This document shows, piece after piece, positions 13,336 to 25,160 of a stretch of DNA of 64,000 nucleotides (positions are counted from its first letter, which is position 1; every line of letters begins with the position of its first letter). This stretch comes from Chiloscyllium plagiosum (Eukaryota). The stretch is taken from NCBI RefSeq assembly GCF_004010195.1, contig NC_057719.1:50519008-50583007 (forward strand), written 5' to 3'. Position numbers and translations under genes: made by a program. The notes under the pieces are model-generated. The model made no database searches, was not told where the DNA came from, and saw only the letters and a list, made by a program, of their open reading frames with translations.

Positions 13336-13559
13336 TTTATAATAACCAATTCTTTGTTGAGTTTACTGAAGAAACCTGGTGGAAGCCTCTCTCGTTCTGA
13401 TTAACACTAATAAAGAGGAACAAATATAACCATTTTAGGGGTTAAATACAACATTGACACTTAGGTACAGCTTGTGGAGTAGTGTAGTTTGATATCCGGT
13501 GTACTGCTCCCATTGGAGTCATAATACTGTGGATTTTAGATCTTACTCCTTTTTTAAAA

Positions 13560-13971
13560 CATGTGGATGCATAAGAAGTAGGAACAGGAGTTGGTCATTT
13601 GGCCCTTGTGTCATTTATGAGATCTGATTTTGGCCTTCTCTCCTGCTCACTATGTGACTCTACTCCCTCGTCAGTCGAAAATTGGTCTAATTAAGCTTTG
13701 AATATATGCAATGACCCAGCCTTCACAGCTTGTTGAGGAAGAGAATCTTAAAAATTAATGACAGTCTGTCAGAAGAAATTAATTCTTCTCTCTGACTTAA
13801 AATTACAACTGTGTCCTCTAGTGTTAGATTCTGCCACTAGAGGGCAACAACATCACAACATTTACTCTTGTCACATCTTATATGCTTCAAAAGTATCACC
13901 TGTTTTCTTCTCAACTCCAATAGGCATAGGCAGAAATGCTAAACCATGTTAATGGAACAAATTCTCCATAC
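13560..13971 (-). mobile_element. Old CR1 3' fragment interrupted by a solo LTR (resumes at about 16282)
   Basis: CR1 3' UTR and 'ttgaggaagagaatc...agaagaaatt' motifs as in 19490-19900. Confidence 0.7.
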
Positions 13972-16276
13972 TGAAATAACTCCACAGAAGCTGGTATCCC
14001 ATCACCAAATCACCCTCTGTTTCCACATGAACAGTCTTGGAGACAGGTACCACAGTGTCAGAATCGTACGGAATCTCTGACACTCCTGTTTATAATTTTT
14101 TAGCCAGCTCTCGGAGTGAACAGAACCCTGACACTCCTGTTATTATTTTTATACCCCCCACATTACTGCCTGACTGCGATAGTGTTTATTTTTTCCCCAG
14201 CACCCATGTGTGTGTGCAGGTGTGAGACACAGTGAAAGACAACAGGTGTACAAATCTTTATTCAATTGCCACCACCAGGAAGAAAAGAAAACACCCAAGT
14301 GGCTAGTGACAAACCGTGCCCTTCTCAGGGGGCAGTGCTGCGTGATCAAACAGTGAAGGGAAGGGCACCGCAGGGATTAAATTAAAATAGAGTTGGAGGG
14401 GGAAATAATACACTCCACTCCCTGCGGGGCCCACCTCTCCCTGAACAGCTCAAGGGTGTTGGTGGACACCGCATGCTTCTTCTCCAGAGACACTCGGGCT
14501 CTGACATAACCGCGGAAGAGGGGTAGGCAGTGGGTCCTAATGACCCCCTCCATGGCCCACTGATGCCCAGTCTGGCCAGGCCCAGGAGCAGACCCACGAG
14601 GAGGTCCTTTGACCTGCCCTCTCCCCTCCGCACCGGGTGCCTGAAGATCAGGAGCGTGGGAGTGAAGTGCAACGAAAAACAGAGAAGAAGGATTTTTTAG
14701 AAAGCGCCCACACCCAAGAAATACATGGTCCACGGACTCCACAGCACCACAGAACAAGCATGAAAACAACCATGAAAAAAACTCTCCTTTTTGTTTCTTT
14801 TTTACTGATCCAGCTCCCTCAGAGCGAGCTCTGAGTAAGCAGAATCCCTGACACACCTGTTTGCTAATTTATTTATTTATTTTTTCCTGTTTTTTTTCCG
14901 ACACTCCTGTTTCTTTTTCCCTTTTTCGATTACCCCACAGTACCGCCTAATTGCGGTAGTGCTTATTTTTTCCCCAGCACCCATGTTGTGTGTGTGCAGG
15001 TGTGAGACACCATGAATCTTTATTTGATTTCTACTACCAGGAAGAAATGAAACACCCAAGTGGCCAGTGATAAGCAGTGCCCTTCACATCAAAGGGCAAT
15101 GCTGCGTGATCAAATAGTGAAGGGGAGGGAAAGGGTTAAATCAAAATAGAATTGGACTGGGAAATAATACACTCCACTCCCTGCGGCGCCCACCTCTCCC
15201 TGAACAACTCCAGGGTGTTGGTGGACACCGCATGCTCCTTCTCCAAGGACACCCGGGCTCTAACGTCACGTATGTGCAGGTGTGCGACACAGTGAAAGAC
15301 ACAAAGTGCACGAATCTTTATTCAATTTCCACCACCAGGAAGATAGGAAAACATCCAAGTGGCCAGTGACGAGCACTGCCCTTCACATCAAAGGGCAATG
15401 CTGTGTGATCAAAACAGTGAAGGGGAGGGTAGGGACTAAATCAAAATAGAGTTGGAGGGAGAAATGATGCACTCCACTCCCTGCAGCGCCCACCTCTCCC
15501 TGAACAACTCCAGGGTGTTGGTGGACACCGCGTGCTCCTTCTCCAAGGACACCCGGACTCTAACGTAACCGCGTAAAACAGGGAAGGAGGTTTTTAAGAA
15601 AATCAAAAAGGGAGTGCAAATGCCCACATCCAATATATACATGGTCTACGGACTCCACAGCACCACAGAACAAGCAGTTGGACTGGGAGTCCGTGAACCA
15701 CCGCAATCTGCGGTTGCAGGGAACAGCTGCGTGCAGCACCCTCCCCGAGAGATAGGGGGAGGACTCCCGCGTAGAGAGCCATCCACTGGAGATCCCTACT
15801 GACCGGTGGCAAATAGGCACACACTCACCTTTTTTTTTAAGACGAGAAAAATTTTTTTATCGAGTAGCCAATTGAAAAAAAATGGCACAAGCTCAAAGAT
15901 CCAAAATAATATTCAAATATATTAGTACCATGAAAAAAACTTACCCTTTTTTTTTCTTTTTTTTTCACAAAGTGCACGAATCTTTATTCAAATTCCACCA
16001 CCAGGAAGATGGGAAAACACTCGGGTGGCCAGTGACAAACCACACACTCACCTTTTTTTTTTAAGACGAGAAAAAATTTTTTATCGAGTAGCCAATTGAA
16101 AAAAAATGGCACAAGCTCAAAGATCCAAAATAATATTCAAATCTATTAGTACCATGAAAAAAACTTACCCTTTTTTAGGTGTTGTCCAGAGCTCCCTGAT
16201 TGGTCCAGATTAACAGCCCTGATTAAGGAACTGATATTCTGAGGTCCAGTTGGTTGACCTCGTTACAAACACTACA
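13972..16276 (-). mobile_element. Solo LTR (about 270 bp net) with 5-bp TSD CATAC, interrupted by Tx1-like elements
   Basis: TG...CA termini; CATAC at 13967-13971 and 16277-16281; minus-strand CCAAT at 16199-16203 and TATAAA at 14089-14094. Confidence 0.85.
14142..16176 (-). mobile_element. Tandem array of about 4 Tx1-like (L1-clade) deleted copies
   Basis: Repeated ORF2 C-terminus 'CLFCGAVESVDHV..GC' and 'GYVRARVSLEKEHAVSTNTLELFRERWAPQGVECIISPSNSILI*', shared 3' UTR, A-rich tails, and a repeated putative 5' leader at 15818-15950 and 16041-16176. Confidence 0.8.
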
Positions 16277-16497
16277 CATACTAGGAATGAGCTGAGAGAA
16301 CTTTCTTTTGCAAAGACTCAATTTATTTTTGTATTTTCCAATTGTGGATAAAAATGAAAAAAATGAACAGTTTTACAGTTGGGGATTGTAAGGATTGCTG
16401 CATTGTTTGAAAGCAAGTAACTTGATAATGATTGTGACTACTGATTGTACAGCTGTGGGTTACAGTACTGTTGCAGACGGACTGAGGCTGAAGATTG

Positions 16498-17627
16498 TGT
16501 AAAGATGGGTGGCAACAAATAACATAGAGTCATAGAGATGTACAGCATGGAAACAGACCCTTCGATCCAACCCGTCCATGCCACCAGATATCAGATTTGG
16601 TTCATAGATTAGTGACCAGTTCCCAATGGCAAAGTTCTTCCGTTTGCCAACAATTTGATGATTTGGTTCTCAGGTGCACAGCTTGGGACTGTAAAGAAGA
16701 TACAGAGAAGCCTTTGGACCACCAACAGCTTAGACGCTCTCTCTCTTTACTTTGCAGTAAGCCACTTAAGCTTAAAGAAAACTAGTTTATCTTTCCTTTA
16801 GCAGTTGCTGTAAGCTGTGATGTTTCATTAATAAGCTAGAGACTTTTAAAAGTAAACTAGAAGAAGCATCCAAAGAAGGTCAACTGAAAAAGCAGTGTTT
16901 CAGTCAGAAAGAGAATCATAAGAATCATCTGACTGACATTTTATGATCAGTAACAATTGTATTGCTTTCTGAGTATTTCCCCCTGTCTGTAACCCTCTTT
17001 TTTTTTTGCTGTCTATGTCCATGTCTGGCTTCTGTTAGTCTATATATATGTGTGAAGTTAAGTTTTTATTGTGGATTAAAGTTTTGATTAGTAGTGTCTT
17101 CTGTTGACGGTTCATAGTTTTTAACCTGCTGCTTGAGACAGTTTACTTGTAATAAATAGTAGCTCTTATTAAGTGCAGAAACCTGGACTATTTTGTCAAC
17201 CAGCAACTAAAAGACAGTAACATTGGGAATTTTGCTTACTTTTTAATGGTGGCTCAGTGGTTAGCGCTGCTGTCTCACAGCTCCAGGGACCCAGGTTCGA
17301 TTCCTGCCTCAGGCGTGTAGTTTGCACATTCTCCCCGTGTCTGCGTGGGTTTCCTCCGGGTGCTGCAGTTTCCTCCCACAGTCCAAAGATGTGCAGGTTA
17401 GGTGAATTGGCCATTCTAAATTGCCCATAGTGTTAGGTGGGTTAGTCAGAGGTAAATGTAGGGGAATGGATCTGGGTGGGTTGCTCTTCGGAGGGTCGGT
17501 GTGGACTTGTTGGGCCGAAGGGCCTGTTACCGCACTGTAGGGAATCTAATTTAATCTTAACATCTTATGTGACCCCAGGAATAATGGGGCTTGATTTTCA
17601 GCATGCTACCCCAGTGAGTTGTGACCA
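16498..17627 (+). mobile_element. Probable solo LTR containing a CR1 tail (16525-16595) and an HE1 SINE
   Basis: Starts TGTAAAG and ends '...ccagtgagttgtgacca'; AATAAA at about 17151; TSD unclear. Confidence 0.4.
17247..17556 (+). mobile_element. HE1-type SINE
   Basis: A box 'tggctcagtggttagc', B box 'ggttcgattcc', HE1 core and CR1-type tail. Confidence 0.93.
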
Positions 17628-17689
17628 TGTAAACTGTTTCTAATGCAAAAATGTTTCTCCTTAAGTAAGGTTTAAATAAAATGACTTTT

Positions 17690-17905
17690 AAATAAAACCC
17701 TGCTTTTCATTTCTTCCTGCCAAAATGGTTAAGTTTACAATTTCTCATAATATTTTCCATCTGTCTAGTTTTTGCCCATTCACTTAACCTATCTTTGCAT
17801 TCCCTTTGTAGTGTCCTCATCATTTGCTTTCCTACCCATTTTCATACTAATTTGGTTACATTAATCTCTCCACCCAAGGTATTCATATACACTGCAATAA
17901 TTAGG
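17690..17905 (-). mobile_element. Old CR1 RT fragment
   Basis: 'ttccatctgtctagtttttgcccattcacttaacctatct' is the reverse of the DRLSEWAK.WQM segment. Confidence 0.6.
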
Positions 17906-17919
17906 TCCTGTACATGCAG

Positions 17920-19488
17920 AAACAGGGGATGCTATAAAGGCGAATAAAAAGACGGCACACCAATTAAATATCAGCATAGTTCTGCCTTCACAAAGAGTGA
18001 CACAAATGACCAAAAGTATTGAGGAACGTAGGGTCAATTCAGAGTGAGAAATTGAAGGAAATCAATATTTATAGGGCACGATAGTAGGGAAATTGATGGA
18101 ATTAAAGGCCAGTAGATCACCGGGGTCTGATAATCTACATTCCAGAGTATTTAAAGAAGTGGCACTAGAAATAGGGAATTCTTCGGTTGTCATCTTTCAA
18201 GATTCTATGAACTCGTGAACAGTTTCCATGGATTGGAGAGTAGCTCAAGTAGCCCACTATTTAAAAAGAAGATAGAGAGACAACAGGGATTTCTAGACTG
18301 ATTAGCTCGGCATCAGTCATGGGGAAAAATGCAAGAGTGCGTTATAGAAGACTTAGTGACAGAACCAGACAGAACACTAACAGAATCAGATGAAGGGTAA
18401 ATCATGCTTGACAAAACGAATGGAAATTTTCAAGATGTTAGTAGTAGTGTTGATAAGGGGGAGCCAGTGGATGTCGTTTACTTGGACTTTCAGAAGGCTT
18501 TTGATAAGGTCCCACGAAAGAGATTAGCATGTAAATTGAAAGCAAGTGGGATTGGAGGTAATGTACTAACATGGACAGAGAACAGGTTGGCAGATGAGAA
18601 ATAGTGTAGGAAAAATAGGTCATTTTCTTAATAACAGGCAGTTACTAGTGAGATACTGTAGGTAATCAGTGCTTGAACCCCAGCTACTTGCAATATATAA
18701 ATTAAGAATTTAAGTGAGGGAACTATATAATATCTGAGTTCACAGACCATATAAAGCTCAGTAGAAAGGTGAAATGAGAGAAAGCACAGATGCTTTTGAT
18801 TGATTACAACAATTTGAGCGAGTGGAATATAATGGTATGAAGTATAATGTGGATAAATGTGAGGTTCTCCACCTTGGTAGAGAACAAGAAGGCAGATTAT
18901 TTTCTGGATGGCAATAATTGAAAAATGGGGAGGTGCAATGAGACTTGGGTGTCCTTGTGCACCAGTTGCTGAAAGTAAGCATGCAAGTGCAGCTTGAATT
19001 AGTATATTGACATTATTAATGAGAGGATTTAATTACAAGAGCATTGTATTCCTGCAATTATACTTGGTGAGAACACAGCTGGAATGCTGTGTGCTATGTC
19101 CTTATCAGAAGGAGGATGTTCTGGCCATGGAGGCAGTATAATGTAGACTTAGCAGACTGATTCCTGGGACAGCAGGACTGATGTATGAAGAGAGACGAGA
19201 TATGTCAGGACTATATTCACTGGAGATTGGAAGAATGAGGGGATCTCATAGAAATTGGCATAATTCAAACAGGAATCGACAGAGTCAACACAGGAAAGAT
19301 GTTCCTGATGACTGGAGTGTCCAGAACTAGTGGTCACAATTTAGGCTTAGGAGGTAGGCCATTTGGAACTGAGATGAGGAGAAATTTCTTTACCAAGAGA
19401 GTTGTGAGCCTGTGGAATTCTCTGCCGTTGGAAGTGGTTGAGGCCAAAACATTTAATGCTTTCAAGAAGAATTTAGATAAAGCAACAT
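17920..19488 (+). mobile_element. Decayed CR1 ORF2
   Basis: 'DKGEPVDVVYLDFQKAFDKVP' and 'RRNFFTKRVVSLWNSLP'; many stops. Confidence 0.92.
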
Positions 19489-20030
19489 CGTAAGATATAG
19501 GATCATAATTAGGCCATTCAGCCGTTCGAGTCTGCTCTGCCATTCGATCATGATTGATGTGTTTCTCAACTCCATTCTCTTGGCTTCTTCCTGTAATTCT
19601 TAACCCTCTTACTCATCAAGAACCTACCTATCTCTGTCTTAAAGATACTCGAGGACTTGGCCTTCATGTCCTTCTTTGGCCATGAGTTCCACATATTCAC
19701 CGCCCTCTGGCCTTCACTCTGAGACTATGCCCTCGAGTCCGAGTATCTCCTGCTATTGGAAACATCATCTTCACATCCAGTCTATTAGGACCTCCCAGTA
19801 TTCTGTAAATTTCAGTGAGATCATTCCCTCATCCTTCTAAACTTCTTTGAGTACAGACTCGGAGTCCTCAACTTCTCCAGGCATCATTCTTAAGAACTTC
19901 CTCTGGACCACCTCCAAAGCTAGTGTATTCTTCCTCAGATACAGGGGTGAAAACTGCTCACAATATTCCAAATATAGTTTGTCCAGAGTCTTATGCAGCC
20001 TCAGCAGTATGTCCTTGCTCTTATCTGCTG
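19489..20030 (-). mobile_element. CR1 3' fragment, tail-to-tail with the preceding copy
   Basis: Reverse CR1 3' UTR from 19490 and the reversed LEYC.QFSP segment at 19945-19975. Confidence 0.85.
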
Positions 20031-20159
20031 ATCTGAAATTTGATTCCTGACCCTTTCCACATGCTGTCTTTCTTGTTCTGGCAATTGTAATAACACTCTC
20101 TCTTTCTTTTTCTCTTGCTCTTTCTCCCTCTTGCTATTGCTGTCTCTCTCCAAAAAAAC

Positions 20160-20680
20160 TCAAGTTTGTGAGACGTACAGAGCTATGTTGACTATCCCTA
20201 ATCAGTCCTTGTCTTTCCAAATATGTGTAAATCCTGTCCCTCAGGATTCCCTGCAGTAACTTGCCCACACCAACGTCAGGCTCACCGGTCTATAGTTCTC
20301 TGGCTTGTCTTTACCTCCTTTCTTAAATCGTGACACCATGTTACCCAACCTCCAGTCTTCCAGCACCTCACCTGTGACTATCGACAATACAAATATCTCA
20401 GCAAGGGGCCCAGCAATCGCTTCCCACAGAGTTCCAGGGTACATCTGATCAGGTCCTGAGGAATTATCCACCTTTATCCATTTCAAGACGTCCAGCACTT
20501 CCTCCTCTGCTTCGACATTTTTCAACATGCCACCATCTACATCTCTCCGTTCTATATCTTCAATGTCCTCCTCCACAGTAAACACTGATGCAAAATACTC
20601 ATTTAGTATCTCCCCTGTCTCCTGCAGCTCCAAACAAAGGCTGCCTTGCTGATATTTGAGGGACCCTGTATTCTGTCCAG
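20160..20680 (-). mobile_element. Young CR1 internal fragment
   Basis: 'GEILNEYFASVFT', 'SGPDQMYP' and 'FKKGGKDKPENYRPVSLT'; similar to 31250-31645. Confidence 0.92.
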
Positions 20681-20699
20681 TGCATTCACATCATCTTAA

Positions 20700-21860
20700 A
20701 AATTATGGCACACAGAAAACTCCTGTCTTACACAACTTCAACATAAACTCCTTACTCTTTTACTCTGTGCCCCTATTAATAAAGCCTGTTCTTTCAACCT
20801 CTCAAGTTACTTTCAATGATTTATACGTATATAAACTCTGGTTTCCTGGCTGTTGCATCCCTAAAGATGTTCCCTTCATATCATGTCTCCTTCATATCAT
20901 GTCTCCATGTTCTACTGACCAAAATGAATCATTTTACATTTCTCTACTTAGATTTCATCAGGCACTCATCCATCATTCGTCTATCTTGTCTCTGCACTTT
21001 TCAGGTTTGACAGTATCCTCCTTGAAGTTCACAATGCTTCCAAATTTTGTGTCATTCACACATTTTGAAGTTGTGCCATTTGCACCAAGGCTTATACTAT
21101 GCCAGGAGGTGATATAAATCTTTCTTCAGCCTGTAAAACATCATTAGTCACAACTGTCTATTTTCTGTCACCCAGCCAATTTTGCATCCATGGTCCTACT
21201 ATCTCTTTTACTCTGAGACATAATTTACTTTCACACTTGCTTTGCAGCACATTATAAAATGCCTTGAAAGTCCATGTCCACCACGTACGCTGCATTGTCC
21301 ATCATCACTCCTTTTTGTTTTAGCTTCAAAGAACTCAAGCTGATTAGTTAACTACACTTTTCCCATAGCAAATCTGTACTGACATTCCTTAATTTATTTG
21401 CATTTATTTGAGCAATTATCTTTTTTTCTTCCTGAACGTATTGTTTTTGGATGTATCCACACCACTGAGGTTAAACTGATTGGAATGTATTTGCTGGGCA
21501 TATCTTTACACCGTTTTTGCAAAAAGGGTATAACGCTTGCAACTCTCCATCATCCCTGAGCCAGAGGAAGACTGCAAGCTTATGGTCAGTGCCTCTGCAG
21601 TTTCCACACTGACCCCTTTAGTTGCATCCTTCCAGTCTTGGTGTTTCATAAGTTTTAAGTATAGAAGCCTATCTAATATCCTGTTACTAATTTTAAATTC
21701 TTCAAGTTATTTGTATACCTCTTCTTTCATGTGGCCTGGGCAATATATTCTTTGGCAAGGACAGGTGCAAAGTATTCATTTAATACCTCAACTATGTCCC
21801 TGACTGCATTTAGATCTACTACTTTTACTTTCCTTTTTCAGTTTTATGTCTATGGAGGAC
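20700..21860 (-). mobile_element. Old CR1 ORF2 fragment
   Basis: Reversed remnants such as 'ttccaaattttgtgtcattcaca' (DDTKLG) and 'ataaaatgccttgaaagtccatg' (MDF.KAF). Confidence 0.7.
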
Positions 21861-22449
21861 TTTAGGATTCCAATGTTTAGAATTGGACTGCTTTAACTGA
21901 GAGTCCAATCATCAGCAAATGTACCCACTTCTGACCTTATGATAGTGTGAAAATCATTGATGAAACAGCTGGAGATTGTTGGGCCAAGAGCACTCCCCTG
22001 AGGAACTCCTGCAGGGATGTTAATAATTGAGTACAACAATAGAATCACGTTGCTGCTGTGAAAGATTCTACATGAAATTTAAGTCACACTTGTTGAAGTA
22101 TAAATTCTTTTCCCAGAAAGATTATATCTGTCTGAAAGGAGATATACCTCCTTGTATTTCTCCAGAAACAGCATGTGGAAACTATGTGAATTCATTTCAA
22201 ACCACCTCCGACTGAACTAATCAAGAATTGTACTACTTCTTTACTGACCATCACTTTTTTCAGTTTGATTCAGCATAAGAATCAGTATGTAGGAGTCATG
22301 CTGGGCTCTGCTTAGCTTAATGACAGGAGGGTTATGATGTACCTTTTTACTGAGATAATCTTTTTTGTATTGGAAGAGAAGCAAATTACTTTCAAAAATT
22401 GATTCAATCCTCTCTAGTTTTTATGAAGCTGTTGTTTGTCTCAAAATAC

Positions 22450-22543
22450 AGAGAAGGGTCATTGGACCTGAAACATTAACTCTGCTTCTCTCCACAGTTG
22501 CTGCCAGACATGCTGAGTTTTTATAGCAATTTCTGATTTTGTC
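22450..22543 (+). mobile_element. Short hammerhead-family retroelement, degenerate
   Basis: 'gaagggtcattggacctgaaacattaactctg...ccacagttgctgccagacatgctgag'. Confidence 0.75.
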
Positions 22544-22581
22544 CCTTGTTATAATGCTTTGTTCTTTAAAGCTAAATCACA

Positions 22582-23790
22582 TTTTTTATAAATTCGTGGG
22601 ATATGGGCATCGCAAGTTGGACAAAAATTTATTGACCATCCCTAGTTGTCCTTGAGAAGGTCAGCCATTGTCTTGAACTGTTGTAGTTTTTGGGATGGAG
22701 GTACGCCTATAGTAAAATTAAGATGGCTGCTTTCAGATATTGACCAAGCAACAGTGAAGGAGTGACAACATATTTCTAATTCAGGACAGTGCGTGGCTTG
22801 GAACAGGACCTTTTTCCTGAGTGGTGTTCCAGTAAATTTACTGTCCATGTTCTTCTCGATGGAAGTGATCCTGAGTTTGGAAGTTGTCAAAAGAGCCTTG
22901 GAGAGTTCTGCAGTGCAGTCTGTAGATGATACCCACTGCTGCCACTAATCATTAGCAGTGAAAGGAATGGTGGTTGAAGATGGTAGAAGAGGTGCTAATC
23001 AAGTAGACTGCTTTGTCTTGGATGGTGTAGAGCTTCTCAAGTGTTGTTGGAAATGTTGGAGTATTCCATCCTATTGTGCTGTGTGGATGTGGGACAGGAA
23101 ATGAGGAAGTGAGTTATTCACTGCAGAAACCCCAGCTTCTCTCTATGTCTTGTAGTCACAGTATTTATATTGCTGGAACAGTCAGTTTCTGTTCAATGGT
23201 ACATCCCCAGGATGTTGACAGTGGGAAATTCAATGGTGGTAATGCCATTGAACAAGGGCCAATGTTAGATTTTCTCTTGTTATAGTGATTGTCAATTGCT
23301 GGCTCTTGTGGCAGGAATGTTACCTGGATGTTGTCCAGATCTTGCTGCATATGGACACAAACTGCTTCAGTACCTGTGGAGTCACAAATAGTGCTGAACA
23401 TTGTGTTATCATCAGCAAACTCCCCCATTATCCTTATGATAGAGATAAGGTTTTCTTTTGAAGGAACTGAAGATGATTGGGCCACAGACACTACCTCTAA
23501 AGAATTCTTGCATTGATGTTTATGGAATGAGAAATCTGACCTCCAATAGCTGCAACCATCTTTTTGCTAGGTATGACTCAAATCATTAAATAATTTTCCT
23601 CTAATTCCCATTGACTTCAGTTTTGCTACAATGATTTGATGTCATACTCGGTCATATTGTGCCTTGATATAAAGGGCAATAACCTTAAATTAGCCACTTG
23701 AGTTGAGGTCTTTTATCCATTTTTGGACAAAACTGTATTGAGGTCAGAAGCGGTGTGGCCTTGACAAAACCCAATCTGAGCATCAGTGAA
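22582..23790 (-). mobile_element. CR1-clade LINE 3' part (same family as 5842-6890)
   Basis: 'FADDNTMFSTI...MQQDLDNIQ' and 'LQQFKTMADLLKDN'; shared tail. Confidence 0.78.
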
Positions 23791-23814
23791 TATGTTATTG
23801 CCAAGCATTTAAAT

Positions 23815-24060
23815 AAATACAAAAAAACCTGGATGCTGGAAATTTGTAACAAAAAAATAATGCAGGAGAAACACAAAGCAGGTCTGGCAGCATTTATTGA
23901 AAGAGAAACGGTTACAACATTTAAAAGACATTTGGGTAAGTACATGAATAGGAAAAATTTGGAGGTATGTGGACCAAACACAGACAATTGGGACTAGTTT
24001 AGTTTGGGAGCATGGTCTTGTGGACTATTTAGATCTGTTTCCATGCTATATGATTCTGTG
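23815..24060. mobile_element. Hammerhead-family body (-) fused to a CR1 3' end (+)
   Basis: 23815-23908 'ggatgctggaaat...gcaggtctggcagcat' followed by a CR1 3' UTR at 23910-24060. Confidence 0.65.
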
Positions 24061-24829
24061 AATGGAGGAAAGACTGCCTGTTTGTTGTGAATTTTATTGG
24101 CCAGGAAATTACAGTTGAGGCTTTCACATGCCTCTTTTATGACATTAGTAGCATGTCCATTCCCTTGAACTAAACCTCTCTGAACGTTTCCTCCTTCTAA
24201 CATGAGTTGGGCTTTCGTCTTTATTTTTTAGACTTTTGTCAGCAAAGCCTTACCACTTCTGTTTATCTACTTTCCCCTCGTTCCAGCTTCTGTGACAGTT
24301 CCTAATGTGGGGCTTATCAATCACCTACAATTTACCTTATTTCGTGATCTTTCAAGTGAGTCCTTAATGCTAAAAGAGCACTTTTTAAATTATTTTCCAA
24401 TATTGTTTTCCTAAGCTTATGGAAGGTTTGTTCCACTTTCATCAATCTATTATACCCATCAACCAGCATTTCCTCTCACTAGGCGAATCTGCGTGGGTCA
24501 GGATTGCTCTTTCTCAAATTTCAACATGTTTGCCTGTAGATCTATGACACCAAATTGTAAGCCATTTACTGTAGGCAGTGTAGAATCACCTTAATTATGT
24601 GGGAAGCGATGGGTACACCTGTACAGCCTTCACTCAAAACACTTTGGAACATAGCCTGTTTTCTTTCAACCAATTCAGGTTTATGCCATGCTTTTTCAAA
24701 GCACAGAAAGTACATCTCTATTTCCTCTCAATAAATATATGTCTGAGCTCAAATACTTTGCCAAATCACAAGGAGATTCTGCCTGACTTTCTATCAATTT
24801 AAAATTGCGTAACCAGGGAGAAAGGTCTC

Positions 24830-25160
24830 TCAGGGCTTCGCAGTACTGCCTCACAGCTTCAGGGACCCAGGTTTGATTCCACCTTTGGGTGATTTTGGAG
24901 TTAGGCACATTCTCCCTGTGTCTGCATGGCTTTCCTCTGGGTGCTCCATTTTCCTCCCGCAGTCCAACAATATGCAGGTTAGGAGGGTTGGTCATGTTAA
25001 ATTGCCCATATTGCCCAGGGATGTTAGGTAGATTAGCCATGGGATATGCAGGGTTACAGGTACGGAGTAGAGGAGTGTTTGTGGGTGAGTTGCTCTTTGG
25101 AAGGTCGATGTGGACTTGTTGAGCTGAATGGCCTGCTTCCACACTGCAGGAATTATATGA
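24830..25160 (+). mobile_element. HE1-type SINE, diverged longer variant
   Basis: B box 'ggtttgattcc', HE1 core, tail 'gcctgcttccacactgcagg'. Confidence 0.85.

Larger units (their letters stand above)
11340..13453 (+). mobile_element. Possible old solo LTR hosting later insertions
   Basis: Ends 'ttgaagg...' and '...ggggttaaatacaaca'; LTR-like composition with AATAAA near the right end; TSD not clear. Confidence 0.3.

Noticed and set aside
14077..14912. Recurrent CTGACACTCCTGTT motif as a CRISPR-like repeat
   Set aside because: Irregular spacing, the intervening sequences are retroelement bodies, eukaryotic context, and no cas genes.
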